Shown one piece after another: positions 1 to 10,483 of a stretch of DNA of 62,922 bases. The notes below the pieces were generated by a model. It was not told the DNA's origin. It saw only the letters and a list, made by a program, of their open reading frames with translations, and ran no database searches. Where the stretch lies: the NCBI RefSeq assembly GCF_004010195.1, contig NC_057720.1:14412381-14475302 (forward strand), written 5' to 3'. The first letter of the stretch is position 1, and each line of letters starts with the position of its first letter. The stretch is from Chiloscyllium plagiosum. Lineage: Eukaryota. The position numbers were made by a program, and so were the translations under genes.

Positions 1-733
1 GCACCTTTCCACAATCTGTTTCCCCATCTGTTTCTCCACATCTCTGCTGCTATTGGGGGGCCTATAGTAAACACCCAACAAGGTGACTGCACCTTTCCTA
101 TTTCTGGCTTCAGCCCATACTACCTCCAGAGGCAGATCCCCCTCAAACTTCCTTTCTGCAGCCGTTATACCATTTCTAATTAGCAATGCCACCCCTCCTC
201 CTTTTTTCCCACCCTCCCTAATCTTACTGAAACATCTGTAACCAGGAACCTCCAACAACCATTCCTGTCTATCCACGTTTCCGTGATGGCCACAACATCG
301 TAGTCCGAGGTACCGATCCACGCCTTAAGTTCACCCACCTTGTTTCTGATACTCCTTGCGTTGAAGTATACGCACTTGAACCCATCTCTGTGTCCGCAGG
401 TAGTCCCTGTCAGTGCTGCCTTCTCCACAGCCTCCCTACAGTCTTGGGCATCCTGTCACACAGCTAGCTTACTTGCTGGACTACAAGTCCGGATCCCATC
501 CCCCTGCCAAATTAGTTTAAACCCTCCCGAAGAGTGCTAGCAAACCTACCCTCCAGGATATTGGTGCCCTTCTGGTTCAGGTGCAACCCATCCTGTTTGT
601 ACAGGTCCCACCTTCCCCAGAATGCAGTCCAATTGTCCAAATATCTGAAGCCCTCCCTCCTACACCAGCCTTGCAGCCACGTGTTCAACTGCACTCTCTC
701 CCTATTCTTTGCCTCATTGTCACGTGGCACCAC
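1..733 (-). mobile_element. CR1 LINE fragment: ORF1 C-terminus (SGNH esterase-like) and ORF2 APE endonuclease N-terminus
   Basis: Minus-strand peptides NTWLQGWCRREGFRYLDNW..DLYKQDGLHLN (ORF1) and CVYFNARSIRNK..DVVAITETW (endonuclease). Confidence 0.9.
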
Positions 734-940
734 TGTCACAGGGTCCACTTTAATTTGCATTCCTAAAATTTCTGTCAGGGTACTTGCAACTTTAGTCCAA
801 TATCTACGGATCTTATGACAGGTCCATAGGCGATGTACAAGAGTGCCCACCTCTATTTTGCATTTGGGACACATTGGAGATGCTCCTGCCTTAAATTTTG
901 CCAGTCGAGCCGGTGCTATATGGGCCCTATGAAGCTCAAC
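734..940 (-). mobile_element. L1/Tx1-clade LINE ORF2 C-terminal cysteine-rich (zinc knuckle) fragment
   Basis: LHRAHIAPARLAKF..CPKCKIEVGTLVHRLWTCHKIRRYW fits the L1-type Cx2C..H..WxC..W motif. Confidence 0.75.
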
Positions 941-949
941 ATTTTTAAT

Positions 950-1264
950 GTGCTCATCCCCTATTGTTTCCTTCCCCATTCTACGCTTCCTAAATCTTTC
1001 CTAATTGCATCGTTATTTCCCTTCCCCCAGCTGTAACTCTTGCTCGGTGGAGTACACCTATTCCTTTCCATCACTAAAGTAAACCTGACAGAATTGTGAT
1101 CGCTGTTTCCAAAGTGCTCACCTACTTCCAAATCTAACACCTGGCCAGGCTCGTTACCCAGTACTAAATCTAATGTGGCTTCCACCCTTGTAGACCTGTC
1201 TACATACTGTGTCAGGAAGCCCTCCTGCACACACTGGACAAAAACTGACACAGCTATAGTACTT
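950..1264 (-). mobile_element. CR1 ORF2 endonuclease C-terminal fragment
   Basis: FLTQYVDRSTRVEATLDLVLGNEPGQV..GEHFGNSDHNSVRF (APE SDH motif). Confidence 0.9.
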
Positions 1265-2109
1265 GCATGGTGTGGGCTGATGTAGCCCGGACCGGGACAC
1301 TCTCTCTGGGGCATGATGTGGGCTGGTGTAGCCTGGAGTGGGACACTCTCTCTGGGACATGGTGTGGGCTGGTGTAACCTGGAGTGGGACATTCTCTCTA
1401 GGGCATGGCATGGGCTGGTGTAGCCTGGAGTGGGACACTCTCTCTGGGACATGGTGTGTTCTGGTGTAGCCTGGAGTGGGACATTCTCTCTGGAACATGG
1501 TGTGTGCTGGTGTAACCTGGAGTGGGACATTCTCTCTAGGGCATGGCATGGGCTGGTGTAGTCAGGAATGAGACATTCTCTCTGGGGCATGGTGTGGGCT
1601 GGTGTAGCCAGGAGTGGGACACTCTGTCTGGGGCATGGTGTGTGCTGGTGTAACCTGGAGTGGGACATTCTCTCTAGGGCATGGCATGGGCTGGTGTAGT
1701 CAGGAATGAGACACTCTCTCTGGGGCATGGTGTAGGCTGGTGTAACCCGGAGTGGGACACTCTGTCTGGGGCATGGTGTGGGCTGGTGTAGCCAGGAATG
1801 AGACATTCTCTCTAGGGCATGGCATGGGCTGGTGTAGCCAGGAGTGGGACACTCTCTCTGGGGCATGGTGTAGGCTGGTGTAACCCGGAGTGGGACACTC
1901 TGTCTGGGGCATGGTGTGGGCTGGTGTAGCCAGGAATGAGACACTCTCTCTGGGGCATGGTGTGGGCTGGTGTAGCCAGGAGTGGGACACTCTCTCTCCG
2001 GCATGGTGTGGACTGGTGTAGCCAGGAGTGGGACACTCTCTCTGGGGCATGGTGTGGGCTGGTGTAGCCTGGAGTGACATACTCTTTCTGGGGAATGGCG
2101 TCGGCTGGA
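1265..2109. repeat. 46-bp G-rich minisatellite, about 18 copies
   Basis: Unit GCATGGTGTGGGCTGGTGTAGCCAGGAGTGGGACACTCTCTCTGGG; unit starts recur every 46 bp from 1265 to 2047. Confidence 0.97.
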
Positions 2110-2442
2110 AAAAGCAGAACAGAATTCTGGTGGTGGTATGCTGCGGCAGCAGGGAAGGAAAAGTCGGACCCTCCTTCAGTTATGTATTTTTATTTTAATC
2201 TATGAATGGCACTTATGTACAAACATTGTTACACACATTTCTCTGTATTTTATATTGAATGCATGTGACAATAAAGAATAAAGAATATTTAATAACAATG
2301 ACTAGATATCAACTTTCACTCATCCAAGATTTTAAGCTGTTTTGCTACAAGTCCATGTGACATCATCACAGTGGGTGGTGCTTATGGCACTCCCCAGCAT
2401 TAACCCTTTTCAACTGTTTTTGGCCCACTTTCAACAATAGCT

Positions 2443-2678
2443 TGTTGTGATTGTAACAAGGTCAGCCAGCTGTTCCTTATGGAATATGAGTTCCCTGATT
2501 GGGGCTGTTCACCTGGTTCAATCAGGGAGCCCTGGCTGACAGACATAAACAGGAGGGTCAGAGGTTCTGTTCACTCTGCGATTTGGCTCTAAGGATGTCT
2601 GACTGGTGTCAAGTACAATGCCCATGTAAATAAAGGGTAATTTGGTGATGGGATTCCGCCCATTATGGAGTTATTTCG
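2443..2678 (+). mobile_element. Short solo LTR (probably Gypsy-type)
   Basis: Starts TGTTG and ends TTTCG (decayed CA); AATAAA at 2629; flanks TAGCT/TACCT form a 5-bp TSD with one mismatch. Confidence 0.7.
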
Positions 2679-3809
2679 TACCTATTAGATCATGCAGGTA
2701 GGATGTCACAAAGCAATATACAGAAAATCATATGGGCTTGAGTCTTTTTTTCTGAAGAGTTCAACTGAGGCTGTGTGTTGTCAAAGAAATTATGCAGTGT
2801 TGCACAGGAATGATCAAAAGAGCCAAGGCAAGTCCTGGAGACTGTTGATTCCTGATAATTAATTCAAAGCTGTCTTTGCACCAAGAAATTTTTAAATTAT
2901 CTGTTTCTTTGAACTACTATATACTTTTTAATTAATCAGTTATAACTTGTGATGCAATGTGAAGATACATGGCTTTACTTATCCAGTTATGGAGCGCACC
3001 AAAGATAATCTTTGACTGAATTCACAACATCATTCATTCCAGTCTGTGAGTAGTTGGTTTCATGTTTATTCATAAGCTCCAATATTAACACAACGGGGGC
3101 CACAGCAACCATGCACAAGGGGCTGGCATTGCAAACCAATCTAATGTCAGCAATGAGGCCCGGAGAAATGCATTCCCAGTGTTCATGTGTATATATCTTT
3201 GTCCAAAAGAGGATGGAAGTAATAGCTGGTCCATTTGTGGGAGAGTAGGATCAAGGGACAGAAAGCAACCCTATGACCAAAGGAGCGGTCAATAATTCAG
3301 CTGAAGGACACTCGGGCAGTCCTCATAACTACAGGGGAAAGGGAAGCCTGGGTTTGGAGGATAATTTATCAGTGGATTATGTTTGCTGCCCTTTAGTCCT
3401 CCATGCTCCTTTTCCCACCAGATTCGCCTACAGCAACAGCACCACAACAATTACACTGCACATGCCACGTGGTCAAAACACCATGGGTCCAAACAAACTC
3501 GCTGGAGTATGATCAAAACACAAAGGAGCAGGTTAAAAGTGAAGCCCACTATCCAATTCCATGGGTCTCTTCCAAAGAGAGGGCAATGTCAAATTTTCCC
3601 TATATTGCAAACTCTATTCCAGGACTATGGATTTTAGAGAACTTTTAGTGAACCAGCTATCTATAAAATCTCCTTTTTGCTAATGCTAAAGCTTAACTCA
3701 CCCTTCCATTCCTGCAGTATTATTGCTTGACAAAGTGTTCCATCCAATAGTGATAAAATGACCAGGGTTTATATATGTTGAGGGAAAAGAGAAGGAAATT
3801 ACTTACAAG

Positions 3810-4030
3810 ACCTACATTACCCTTGACTATTGCAACTAATCTACACATCCCTGGAGACTATGGTCAATTTATCATGGCCAATTCACCTAATCTGCACAGC
3901 TTTGGACTGTGGGACCAAACCCAAGGAGAATGTGCAAACTCCACACAGACAGTTGCCCAAAGTTGGAATTGACCGCAGGTCCCTGGCACTGTGAGGCAGC
4001 AGTGCTAACTACTGAGCCACCGTGCCAACC
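3810..4030 (-). mobile_element. HE1-type tRNA-derived SINE (degenerate), followed by an inverted SINE fragment at about 4033-4215
   Basis: Reverse complement of the SINE head and body seen at 16476 and 44918. Confidence 0.85.
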
Positions 4031-4060
4031 TAATCCAAAGATATGCAGGGTAGTGGACTG

Positions 4061-4152
4061 CATATCCTCAGATGCTGCCTGAACTGCTGTGCTCTTCCAG
4101 CACCACTAATCAAAAATCTGGTTTCCAGCATCTGCAGTCATTGTTTTTACCT
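4061..4152 (+). mobile_element. Penelope-like 3' terminal fragment inserted in a SINE
   Basis: Matches the PLE ends at 12602 and 46428; perfect 14-bp TSD AGGGTAGTGGACTG (4047-4060, 4153-4166). Confidence 0.85.
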
Positions 4153-4890
4153 AGGGTAGTGGACTGGCCATGCTAAATTGCCCATGGTGTTTAGGGATGT
4201 GTAGGTTGACTGGATTGCCAAGATTGGGCAAGCTGTCTCACAGACTAGTCAGGCAACAGTCTGACATCGTCGTACTCATACCTCACAGACAATGACCCAG
4301 ACAGACCCAGCAGAGGTGGTGGCACAGTGACATACAGTCAGGAGGAAGTTGCCCTGGGAGTCCTCAACATTGACCCGTACCCCATGAAGTCTCATGGCTT
4401 CAGGTTAAACATGAGCACGGAAACCTCCAGCTGATTACCATGTACATTCCTTCCTTGGCTGGTGAATCAGTACTCTTCCATGTTGAACACCACTTGAAGG
4501 AAGCACTGAGGTGGCAAGGATGCAAAACGTTCTCTGGCTGAGGATTTCAATATCCATCACCAAGAGTGGTTCAACGATAGTACTACTGATCGAGGTGGTT
4601 GGGTCCTAAAGGACATAGCTGCTAGACTGGGTCTGTGGCAGGTGATGAGGGAAGCAAGAAGTTCCCATCTTTACCGGTTTGCCAGGCGCAGATGCATCTG
4701 TCCATGACATTATCGGTAACAGTGACCACCACATAGTCCTTGTGGAGACGAAGACCCGCCTTCTCGTAGAGAATAACATCCATTGTGTTGTGTGGCACTA
4801 TCACTGTGCTAAATAGGACAGACTTCAATCAGAGCTGAAAATGTGTTGCTGGAAACGCACAGCAGGTCAGGCAGCATCCAAGGAGCAGGA

Positions 4891-4928
4891 GAATCGACGT
4901 TTCGGGCATGAGCCCTTCTTCAGGAATG
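4891..4928 (-). ncRNA. Minimal hammerhead ribozyme motif in the PLE terminal repeat
   Basis: Minus strand CTGAAGA-A-GGGC-TCAT-GCCC-GAAACGTC: CUGANGA and GAAA core, stem II, GUC cleavage triplet. Confidence 0.75.
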
Positions 4929-5035
4929 AGGAAGGTGTGCCAAGCAGGCTAAGATAAAAGATAGAGAGGAGGGACTTGGGGGAGGGGCGTAGGGAATGCG
5001 ATAGGTGGAAGGAGGTTAAGGTGAGGGTGATAGGC

Positions 5036-5682
5036 NNNNNNNNNNNNNNNNNNNNNNNNNNNNNNNNNNNNNNNNNNNNNNNNNNNNNNNNNNNNNNNNN
5101 NNNNNNNNNNNNNNNNNNNNNNNNNNNNNNNNNNNNNNNNNNNNNNNNNNNNNNNNNNNNNNNNNNNNNNNNNNNNNNNNNNNNNNNNNNNNNNNNNNNN
5201 NNNNNNNNNNNNNNNNNNNNNNNNNNNNNNNNNNNNNNNNNNNNNNNNNNNNNNNNNNNNNNNNNNNNNNNNNNNNNNNNNNNNNNNNNNNNNNNNNNNN
5301 NNNNNNNNNNNNNNNNNNNNNNNNNNNNNNNNNNNNNNNNNNNNNNNNNNNNNNNNNNNNNNNNNNNNNNNNNNNNNNNNNNNNNNNNNNNNNNNNNNNN
5401 NNNNNNNNNNNNNNNNNNNNNNNNNNNNNNNNNNNNNNNNNNNNNNNNNNNNNNNNNNNNNNNNNNNNNNNNNNNNNNNNNNNNNNNNNNNNNNNNNNNN
5501 NNNNNNNNNNNNNNNNNNNNNNNNNNNNNNNNNNNNNNNNNNNNNNNNNNNNNNNNNNNNNNNNNNNNNNNNNNNNNNNNNNNNNNNNNNNNNNNNNNNN
5601 NNNNNNNNNNNNNNNNNNNNNNNNNNNNNNNNNNNNNNNNNNNNNNNNNNNNNNNNNNNNNNNNNNNNNNNNNNNNNNNNNN
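5036..5682. other. Assembly gap (N run)
   Basis: Ns. Confidence 1.
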
Positions 5683-6736
5683 GGAGGCCATCTGGTTGTT
5701 CTGTTTTTGGAACTGGTCCTCTGGGAGCAGATGTGGTGGAAACGAAGGAATTGGGAATATGGGATGGCGTTTTTACAGGGGGCAGGATGGGAGGAGCTGT
5801 AGTCTAGGTAGCTGTGGGAGTTGGTCGGTTTATAGTAAATGTCCGTGTTGATTCGGTCGCCCGAGATAGAAATGGAAAGGTCTAGGAAGGGGAGGGAGGA
5901 GTCTGAGATGGTGCAAGTGAATTTGAGGTCTGGGTGGAAGGTGTTGGTGAAGTGGATGAACTGTTCAACCTCCTCGTGGGAGCACGAGGCAGCGCCGATA
6001 CAGTCATCGATGTAGCGGAGGAAAAGGTGGGGGGGTGGTGCCAGTGTAGCTGCGGAAGCTGGACTGTTCCACATATCCTACGAAGAGGCAGGCATAACTG
6101 GGGCCAATCAGATCTAGCAACTCAAGACTGAGCACCCATGAGGCACTGTCGGCCATCAACAGCAGCAGACCTGTACTCCATCACAACCTGCAAACTCATG
6201 GCTGGATATATCCCCCACTAACCATTACCTTCAAGCCAGGGGATCAACCCTGATTCATTGCACAGTGCAGGAAGGAAAGCCAGGAACAGCACCAGGCATA
6301 CCTGAAAATAAGGTGTCTACCTGATGAAGTTACCAAACTGGACTACTTGCATGACAAACAGCATAAGCAGCAAGTGATACAGCTGAGAGATCGCACAGCC
6401 AATGGAACAGATCTGAGTTCTGCAGGCCTGCCATATCCAGTCGTGGATGGTGGCAGACAGTTAACAACTTTCTGGAGGAGGCGGCTCCGAAAATATCCCC
6501 ATCCTCAATGCTAGAAGAGCCCAGCAAATCAGTGCAGAAGATAAGGCTGAAGCATTCAAAGAAACTTTCAGCCAGAGATGCTGAGTGAATGATTCATCTC
6601 AGCCTCCTCCAGTAGTTCCCAGCGTCATTGATATTAGTCTTCAGCCAATTTGATTCACTCCATGTGGCATCAAGAAATGGTCAAAGGCACTAGATACTGC
6701 AAAAACTATGAGCCCTGACAATATTCTGGCAATAGT

Positions 6737-7289
6737 TGGAATATTGCGTGCAATTCTGCTCTCCTTCCTATTGGAAAGATGTTGTGAAACTTGAAAGGGT
6801 TCAGAAAAGATTTACAAGGATGTTGCCAGAGTTGGGGGATTTGAGCTATAGGGAGAGGCTGAACAAGCTGGGGCTGTTTTCCCTGGAGTGTCGGAGGCTG
6901 AGGGGTGACCTTATAGAGGTTTAAAAAATTATGAGGTGGCATGGATAGGATAAATAGACAAAGTCTTTTCCCTGGGGTCGGGGAGTCCAGAACTAGAGGG
7001 CATAGGTTTAGGGTGAGATGGGAAAGATATAAAAGAGACCTAAGGGGCAACATTTTCACGCAGAGGGTGGTATAGGTATGGAATGAGCTGCCAGAGGAAG
7101 TGGTGGAGGCTGGTACAATTGCAACATTTAAGAGGCATTTGGATGGGTATATGAATAGGAAGGGTTTGGAAGGATATGGGCCGGGTGCTGGCGGGTGGGA
7201 CTAGATTGGGTTGGGATATCTGGTCGGCATGGACTGGTTGGACCGAAGGGTCTGTTTCCATACTGTATAACTCTATGGCTCTATGACTC
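6737..7289 (+). mobile_element. CR1 (HER1-like) 3' fragment
   Basis: LEYCVQF..LERVQKRFTRMLP..RRLRGDLIEV; (CTATGACT)n tail; TSD TAGT. Confidence 0.93.
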
Positions 7290-9454
7290 TAGTACTAAAG
7301 ACTCATGTACCAGAACTTGCCAGTCCCTTGGCCAAGCTGTTCCAGTATAGTTAAACACTGTCATCTACCCGACAATGTGGACAATTGGCCAGGTGCATCT
7401 GTGCATACAATGTAGGACAAATCCAACCCGGCCAATTACCGCCCATCAGTCTACTCTTGATTATCAGTATTCACGACTCTTCAGATACTGAAACAGTCCA
7501 TGTTCAAATGCAGCAAGATCTGAACAATACCCAGGGTTGAAGTGGCAAGTAACATTCGAGCGGCAAAAATGCCAGGCTATGACCATCTCCAATAAGAGAC
7601 AATCTAACCACCTCCCCTTACCATCACTGAATCCTTCACTATCAACTTCCTGGGGTTATCATTGATCAGAAACTCAACAGGACTCGCCACATAAACAGCA
7701 GCTAAAAGAGCTAGGAATACTGCAGCAAGTAACTTATCTCCTGACTCCCCAAAGCTTGTCCACACAAGGAGTGTGATGGAATACTACCCTCTTGCCTGGA
7801 TAGTTGCAACACTCAAGAAATTTGACACCTTTCAGGACAAAGCAGCCCGCTTGACTGGCTTCACATCCTCAGACATCCACTCCCTCCATTACTAAACCTC
7901 GATACCAGCAGTGTGTACTACCTACAAGATGCACTGCAGAAATTCATCAAAGTTTCTTAGGCAGTATCTTCCAAACCTACAACCACTTCCATCCAGGACA
8001 ATGGCAACAGATACATGGGAACACTACCACCTCCAAGCTCCCCTGCAAGCTATTCACCATCCTGACCTGGAAATATATCGCCTTCACTGTCACTGGGTCA
8101 CAATTCTGGAATTCCCTCCTTAAGGGCACTGTGCATCAACCCATAGCACATGGACTGCAGCGGTGCAAGAGAAAGCTCACCATTACCTTGTCAAGGTCAG
8201 CTAGGGACGGGCAATAAATGCTGGCAGCCCGCAATGCTCACATCCCACAAAGTGAATAGAAGAAAATGATGAGATAGAGAAAAAAACAGATGCCCCAGAG
8301 GTGTATCACTGAAAGGTCAGTCATACATTAAGATTTTCACATTTGTCCTTACAATTGGCCTTGGATACAAATGACCAAATTTCATGCTTTTGCTGTCTTG
8401 AGACATTTGCTGGAAACATTTAACCTGCATGATAGAGCCCTTGCAAATGTCTAGAGTAGATACAGACATAAACAGAGCACAAACTCCGAAGGTCCTTGCG
8501 AAAGAGTGAGACTGGAAATAGGGAGATAGTAGATCTTGCCCACTTGGACTAAATACCATTCAGTGAAAGGGAACAAATCTTCAGGAGATGAATGAGGTAA
8601 GGAAACTGGGACAAAAATTGGAAATAGTTGCATCTAAATCAGACTTTTCCGAACAATGGATTGAATCTTGTGTTTCTGGTAAGGGTGAGTTTGAAAGCAG
8701 AAAGAGCACTTAATGAGGTGAGTTGATGGCAAACTCCAATTACCACTATCTTTACCTCTCCACCAAAGTTAAGTTTTGGGTGGGACGGCAATTGTTTGAT
8801 CTTCATGCCTTGCCACCAAACGAGGCCATCAAACAATCTATTAAAGACACATGTCCCCATTTGTCACTGTTACACTACCCCAGCTGCAGTGGATACGTCA
8901 AACTGTAAGCATCTTATCGTTGGAGTAAGGTGGGAGTCCCCTCAGTCAATGGCTATCAGTCAATGGATTGGACAATCCCTTTCCCCTCAACATCTTACCT
9001 CCAACCCCATCCCCCACCACCCCATAACATTTCACAATCTTGGGTCACCTTCATGCACCAACCATAGTCTCCTCCATGGCATTGTAAAGTGTGAAAGCTG
9101 CTCTGGGTGAAACATCTACCCTCACCTCCAGGGTCTGACTTCCAGACCAATGTACATGAGTGGCCTCACCAATGCCTGATTCGGATTAGGTCCAGCAGGC
9201 CTTGCCTTGGAGAATCAGCATGGCTCTCGCTGACCCTCCAACCAACTGATGAGGCCCCTACCAAAGCAACAAGATGCTTCCCAGGGAGCCACATCAAATC
9301 TTGTTTGTTGCATCGCACCTGGGATGCTACTTCAAGAAAGGTAATGCATGTGCCCTAAGGAAATGCTTCAGGTCCTCCAGACAACTGTTAACTTTGGCAG
9401 GTCTCTGAAGTGTGCAGTGTCGAATGTAGCACAAAGTTAATTTTACTGTGTAGT

Positions 9455-10045
9455 GTGGGTATTGCTGACAAGGACAACATTTGTTTCCCCTCTCTAATTC
9501 CCTTGAACTGTGGGGATTTTTTTCTATTCATTCACAGGATGTGGAACTCACTGGCCAGGCCATAATTTATTGGCCAACCCTAATTTGCCCCAGAGGCCAG
9601 TTAAAAGTCAACCACATCACTGTGGGTCTGGAGTCACATGTGGGCCAGACCAAGTAAGGATGGGAGATTTCCTCGACTTAATGACAGGATTTGAGCCCTG
9701 GTCATCAGAACATTACCTGGGTCTCTGGATTAGTAGTCACCTAATAATACTACTTGGCCATTGCCTCCCCATAACCTAATTGAGGTTTCAACCATATTGC
9801 CGTAGATCTGGATTTACACAAAGGCCAGGCAAGGATGCCAAATTTCATCCCCTTGAAGGGCATTGGTGATCCAGAGGGGTTTTTGTTTTAGTGACAATCA
9901 ATCGTCAGCCATAATAGGAACTATCTTTTAGTTCTGTATTTATTGAATTTTAATTCTACCAACTACCAAACTGGGATTTGAGCCCAGTCCTCTAAGTATA
10001 GATCTCTAGATTAATCATACAGTGACATTACCACTATGTCATCAA
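9455..10045 (-). mobile_element. Decayed SINE/LINE 3'-end fragments sharing the tail of the 4217-8266 LINE
   Basis: TTCATTCACAGGATGTG..ATTTATTGGCCAACCCTAAT is the reverse complement of that tail; similar pieces lie near 21660, 23010, 36460, 36735, 38070 and 58390. Confidence 0.6.
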
Positions 10046-10483
10046 CCCCTACCACCAAGTGGACCCTAATGTTTAGGTCAAAGAGAGATCAATATTTGAA
10101 ACTGTCAGCACATTGAGCACTCAACAGTTGAACCCCTTTAAAAACAGAGCCAGCTGCATTTTCAAAGATAATGGGCCTGAAAAATCACATGGCTCCATTT
10201 TGGGGTTAGTATTCCATTCACTAATCTCAGGCAAAGACATTGATCCCATTATTTGCTGATGCAATTTGCTGCCCTTTGCAATCCCTACTCCCACGGTGGA
10301 TCATACATTTTCAGAAGATAAAGTGTTGGAAACACTCAGCAGATCGGGCAACTCCTGAGGAAAGAGAAACAGCATGTTTCAGTCCGGAGACCTTTCATCA
10401 GCCCTGTTCCAGTGTCCTGGTCAATATTCATCCCTCATCAAGATCGCCAAAACAGATGATCAGTTCATTAAAGATCAAAGTTA

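Larger units (their letters stand above)
4834..6104 (-). mobile_element. Penelope-like retroelement, 5'-truncated (RT plus 3' terminal repeat; contains a gap)
   Basis: GPSYACLFVG, FLRYIDDCIG, LPFLDL, YYKPTNSHSYLDYSSSHP..KNAIPYSQFLR; 8-bp TSD CAATCAGA (4826-4833, 6105-6112). Confidence 0.93.
4217..8266 (+). mobile_element. Decayed CR1/L2-group LINE of a family distinct from the HER1-like CR1s; interrupted twice
   Basis: Remnant motifs DFNIHHQEW (EN), PANYRP, KWQVTF..KCQAMTI (RT); 3' end TAGGGACGGGCAATAAATGCTGG..CACATCCC; sequence resumes across both insertions. Confidence 0.8.

Noticed and set aside
961..2080. 347-aa ORF and overlapping Pro/His/Thr-rich ORFs
   Set aside because: Translation of a stop-poor minisatellite running into a CR1 fragment; several frames are similarly open
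1265..2109. CRISPR-like array (also considered for 62109-62922 and 37646-38058)
   Set aside because: Units are head-to-tail without unique spacers, there are no cas genes, and the context is eukaryotic
3054..3648. Cluster of short ORFs in apparently unique sequence
   Set aside because: No recognisable motif, and lengths are compatible with chance
8655..9370. Possible decayed MITE starting GGATTGAATCTT
   Set aside because: No matching right end or TSD found
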